DNA of 25,315 nucleotides from a virus (Duplodnaviria; Caudoviricetes). The translations under genes and the position numbers were made by a program. The DNA is taken from positions 1 to 25,315 of the IMG/VR virus record IMGVR_UViG_3300020045_015213; one strand, given 5' to 3'. Below, in pieces: positions 23,496 to 25,315 of this stretch (the first letter of the stretch is position 1; each line of letters starts with the position of its first letter). The notes under the pieces are model-generated. The model was given only the letters and a program-made list of their open reading frames with translations. It had not been told where the DNA came from and made no database searches.

Positions 23496-23706
23496 TTGAG
23501 TTTTGTTTGAATTTCTCGTTAAAGCAATTGCTTATAAAAGTTGCGTGTTCAAATGCTTCTTTTCGTTCTCTTTCATTAATAATATCACTTCCACAAAACT
23601 CATAAGGACATCTTGCAATTTTAAATTTTCCAGGAATACTTATTCCGACAACATTCCAAGCAGGTTTTGTTTGAGAATGAACAACTTTTGTCGTGATATT
23701 TTTCAT
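23488..23706 (-). CDS. Hypothetical protein
   Basis: 72 aa; start overlaps the upstream stop (TAATG). Confidence 0.7.
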   Translation of the reverse strand: MKNITTKVVHSQTKPAWNVVGISIPGKFKIARCPYEFCGSDIINERERKEAFEHATFISNCFNEKFKQNSNG

Positions 23707-23828
23707 TATTTTCTAAATTTTACGGTAATTATCCAAGCAATAAACCCTATATGAATTTCGCGGAAGTCAATCGCTATTCCGAGTACAAATCCCTCGCTTT
23801 GGTCAAATTTGAATCGTGGCTTTTTCAT
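23706..23828 (-). CDS. 40-aa small protein below the ORF-track cutoff
   Basis: MKKPRFKFDQSEGFVLGIAIDFREIHIGFIAWIITVKFRK; fills the gap exactly, starting 1 nt after the upstream stop and ending in a TAATG overlap. Confidence 0.7.
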   Translation of the reverse strand: MKKPRFKFDQSEGFVLGIAIDFREIHIGFIAWIITVKFRK

Positions 23829-23829
23829 A

Positions 23830-24024
23830 TTACTTGGTTTTTATGGTTACTGTTGCTTCTTTCGATTTTGAATTTCTCTCGACCCATCCGTCCAAAAAGG
23901 CATAAAGCTCTTCCAACGCCTTCGAATGGCTTGCGTTGGGGCGATTTGCCCGGATGGTATTTCGCCCGCCGGTCATAATCTTTGAAAGCTCGCTGTATTT
24001 TATTATCTTCTTGAAATCTTGCAT
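23830..24024 (-). CDS. Small hypothetical protein, possible HTH-like
   Basis: 64 aa; IIKYSELSKIMTGGRNTIR resembles a short helix-turn-helix; A-rich leader. Confidence 0.6.
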   Translation of the reverse strand: MQDFKKIIKYSELSKIMTGGRNTIRANRPNASHSKALEELYAFLDGWVERNSKSKEATVTIKTK

Positions 24025-24043
24025 TTTGTGTATTTTTTATTTG

Positions 24044-24158
24044 TAGGGAAGGTAGGAATCGAACCTACACTGCCGTTTTTATGCTTGGGTTCGGCAACCC
24101 ATTATACTGTATCTCGCATCACTGTATAATTTGCGTCTACCATTTTCGCCACCTCCCT
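24044..24158 (-). ncRNA. tRNA-like RNA (Leu-type D and T arms, no canonical anticodon arm)
   Basis: Acceptor AGGGAGG/CTTCCCT, D arm GCG-AAAATGGTAGA-CGC, T arm GTAGG-TTCGATT-CCTAC, discriminator A, then CAA. The central ~63 nt do not form a 5-bp stem with a 7-nt loop. Confidence 0.7.
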
Positions 24159-24302
24159 AAATTTCCGAATTATCGGAGTCAGTCATAAAACGAATTAGAT
24201 GTTATGGCAATCATTCCCACTTCCGACCATCTTTTGACTCAAGCTTCGTTTCGGCCTACATTCCAGACAGGGAAGGACTCTTTATCTCGTGGTGGGGTTT
24301 TA

Positions 24303-24677
24303 TTATATTTTTTCTAAGTATTCAAAATAAGTTTCAGTCAATATTCCTGTTTGGTCGGGATGCGGGTCGTGCCACAATTTTCCTTTTTGGTAAATACAAA
24401 CGTGATTTATTGTTGAGTTCCGAGGGCTAACCCCTGTTACTAAATAAAATTCGTCAGTATCTAAATGACCTCTTAATCCTCCCATATCCCAACCTCGTGA
24501 ACCTAACCATTCTAATAAATCACCTCTCCAATCAACTCCTTCTTTGTCGTATGTTTCTTGAATTTGAATTACATCTTCCGGAGAATCTAAATCCAAAAAA
24601 CAAGCAATTACGGCAGGAAGACAATTCCCTCTACTTTCCGGAGGATTATGAAGCCTCGTTTGAATTAACTTTTTCAT
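24303..24677 (-). CDS. Small papain-fold cysteine peptidase-like protein
   Basis: Q...GNCLPAVIACFL, HVCIY and HDP give a Cys-His-Asp arrangement like C39-type peptidases. Confidence 0.6.
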   Translation of the reverse strand: MKKLIQTRLHNPPESRGNCLPAVIACFLDLDSPEDVIQIQETYDKEGVDWRGDLLEWLGSRGWDMGGLRGHLDTDEFYLVTGVSPRNSTINHVCIYQKGKLWHDPHPDQTGILTETYFEYLEKI

Positions 24678-24679
24678 AA

Positions 24680-25060
24680 TTAACCAAACGGAAGATCATC
24701 TGGCTCCTCTTCATTTCCTGCTGCCGGCAACGGATTAGTTTGAGTAGTAGCCGTATTCGCCGGCGGGCTTTGTTTCGATGTGTCTAATTTTGAAATCAAC
24801 CACGATTGTAGGGTATTGAAGCATTTTTCATCCCCCATAGGATTACTCCAAAGCCTTCCTTGTAGGTTGTATGATACTTTTACTGCATCGCCTTTTTTGT
24901 AGCCATCTAAAACACTACATTTATCTTTTACCATTTGAAACAAAATGTATTGCTTGTATTGTTCATCCGTTTCAATAATGAAATCTCTTTTCGAGAACGT
25001 ATCTGATACTTGTACTGTTTCGTCAATTCGGTAAATCTTACCTTCTAATTCTAAGCTCAT
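24680..25060 (-). CDS. DUF3127-family single-stranded DNA-binding protein
   Basis: LEGKI...FSKRDFIIET..QY...F...DK...GDAVKVSYNLQGR.W...FNTLQSW OB-fold pattern and acidic DDLPF tail. Confidence 0.88.
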   Translation of the reverse strand: MSLELEGKIYRIDETVQVSDTFSKRDFIIETDEQYKQYILFQMVKDKCSVLDGYKKGDAVKVSYNLQGRLWSNPMGDEKCFNTLQSWLISKLDTSKQSPPANTATTQTNPLPAAGNEEEPDDLPFG

Positions 25061-25085
25061 ATTTTTATATTTTAATTTGTTACTA

Positions 25086-25292
25086 TTATTGGCTTAATAC
25101 TAAATATTGGGAATCAGTAGACAATCCCGTTTTTATTATTAAATACTCCTTTGGAACTATTGCTACGGTGTGATATTTACCTGTATCTATGTCAATTTCA
25201 TACAAAGTTGTTTGACCTACATCATTAGTCCTTAGTTCGTCTGCCTCAACAATCGTTTTTGTTCCTTCGTGATAAATGCTATATTTTTCCAT
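25086..25292 (-). CDS. Hypothetical protein
   Basis: 68 aa, ATG after an A-rich leader, co-oriented. Confidence 0.65.
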   Translation of the reverse strand: MEKYSIYHEGTKTIVEADELRTNDVGQTTLYEIDIDTGKYHTVAIVPKEYLIIKTGLSTDSQYLVLSQ

Positions 25293-25315
25293 AATTTTTA
25301 ATTTACTTTTTGCCA

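Noticed and set aside
24240-24292. Hammerhead-like look (minus strand ATAAAGAG-TCCT...AGGC-CGAAAC)
   Set aside because: Core reads ATAAAGA instead of CTGANGA, stem II has a mismatch, and no stem III with an NUH cleavage site can be formed.
1-25315. Stop-codon reassignment as in some crAss-like phages
   Set aside because: Long genes are intact in the standard code, TAG serves as a real stop (2828, 7985, 11707), and no suppressor tRNA is visible.
1-25315. CRISPR array, DGR, integrase or IS element
   Set aside because: No regularly spaced repeats, reverse transcriptase, template/variable repeat pair, recombinase or transposase was recognised.

Overview
A 25.3-kb segment of a tailed dsDNA phage genome, most likely infecting Bacteroidota/Flavobacteriia. 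The host inference rests on TAnnTTTG -7 promoter boxes, A-rich leaders without Shine-Dalgarno sites and a DUF3127-type SSB. Almost all genes are on the minus strand. Reading right to left along that strand: (i) a small-gene accessory region (SSB, papain-like peptidase, tRNA-like element, DUF3310-like, HD-domain hydrolase, possible winged-helix protein, NUMOD4-HNH-AP2 endonuclease, adjacent Acb2/Tad1-like and Tad2/DUF2829-like genes); (ii) an inverted groEL-groES pair on the plus strand; (iii) a late region with fibre-like structural proteins, a lysis cassette (holin-like genes, GH19 endolysin, spanin-like protein), a metallophosphoesterase, a collagen-repeat fibre, a tandem GroES-like protein, terminase large subunit, portal and a probable scaffolding protein. 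A degenerate tRNA-Met(CAT) lies on the plus strand near the left end. The strongest unexplained signal is an identical 14-bp element (TAAACGACAACAAA) exactly 21 nt upstream of the -7 box in all three late promoters. In two of the three it also covers a divergent plus-strand promoter, suggesting an activator/repressor switch. Other notable points are a candidate pair of immune-signal sponges, a three-gene chaperonin set with altered ATP-site and mobile-loop motifs, and a terminase with an internally duplicated N-terminal extension. All family calls come from motif recognition by eye; no searches were run.
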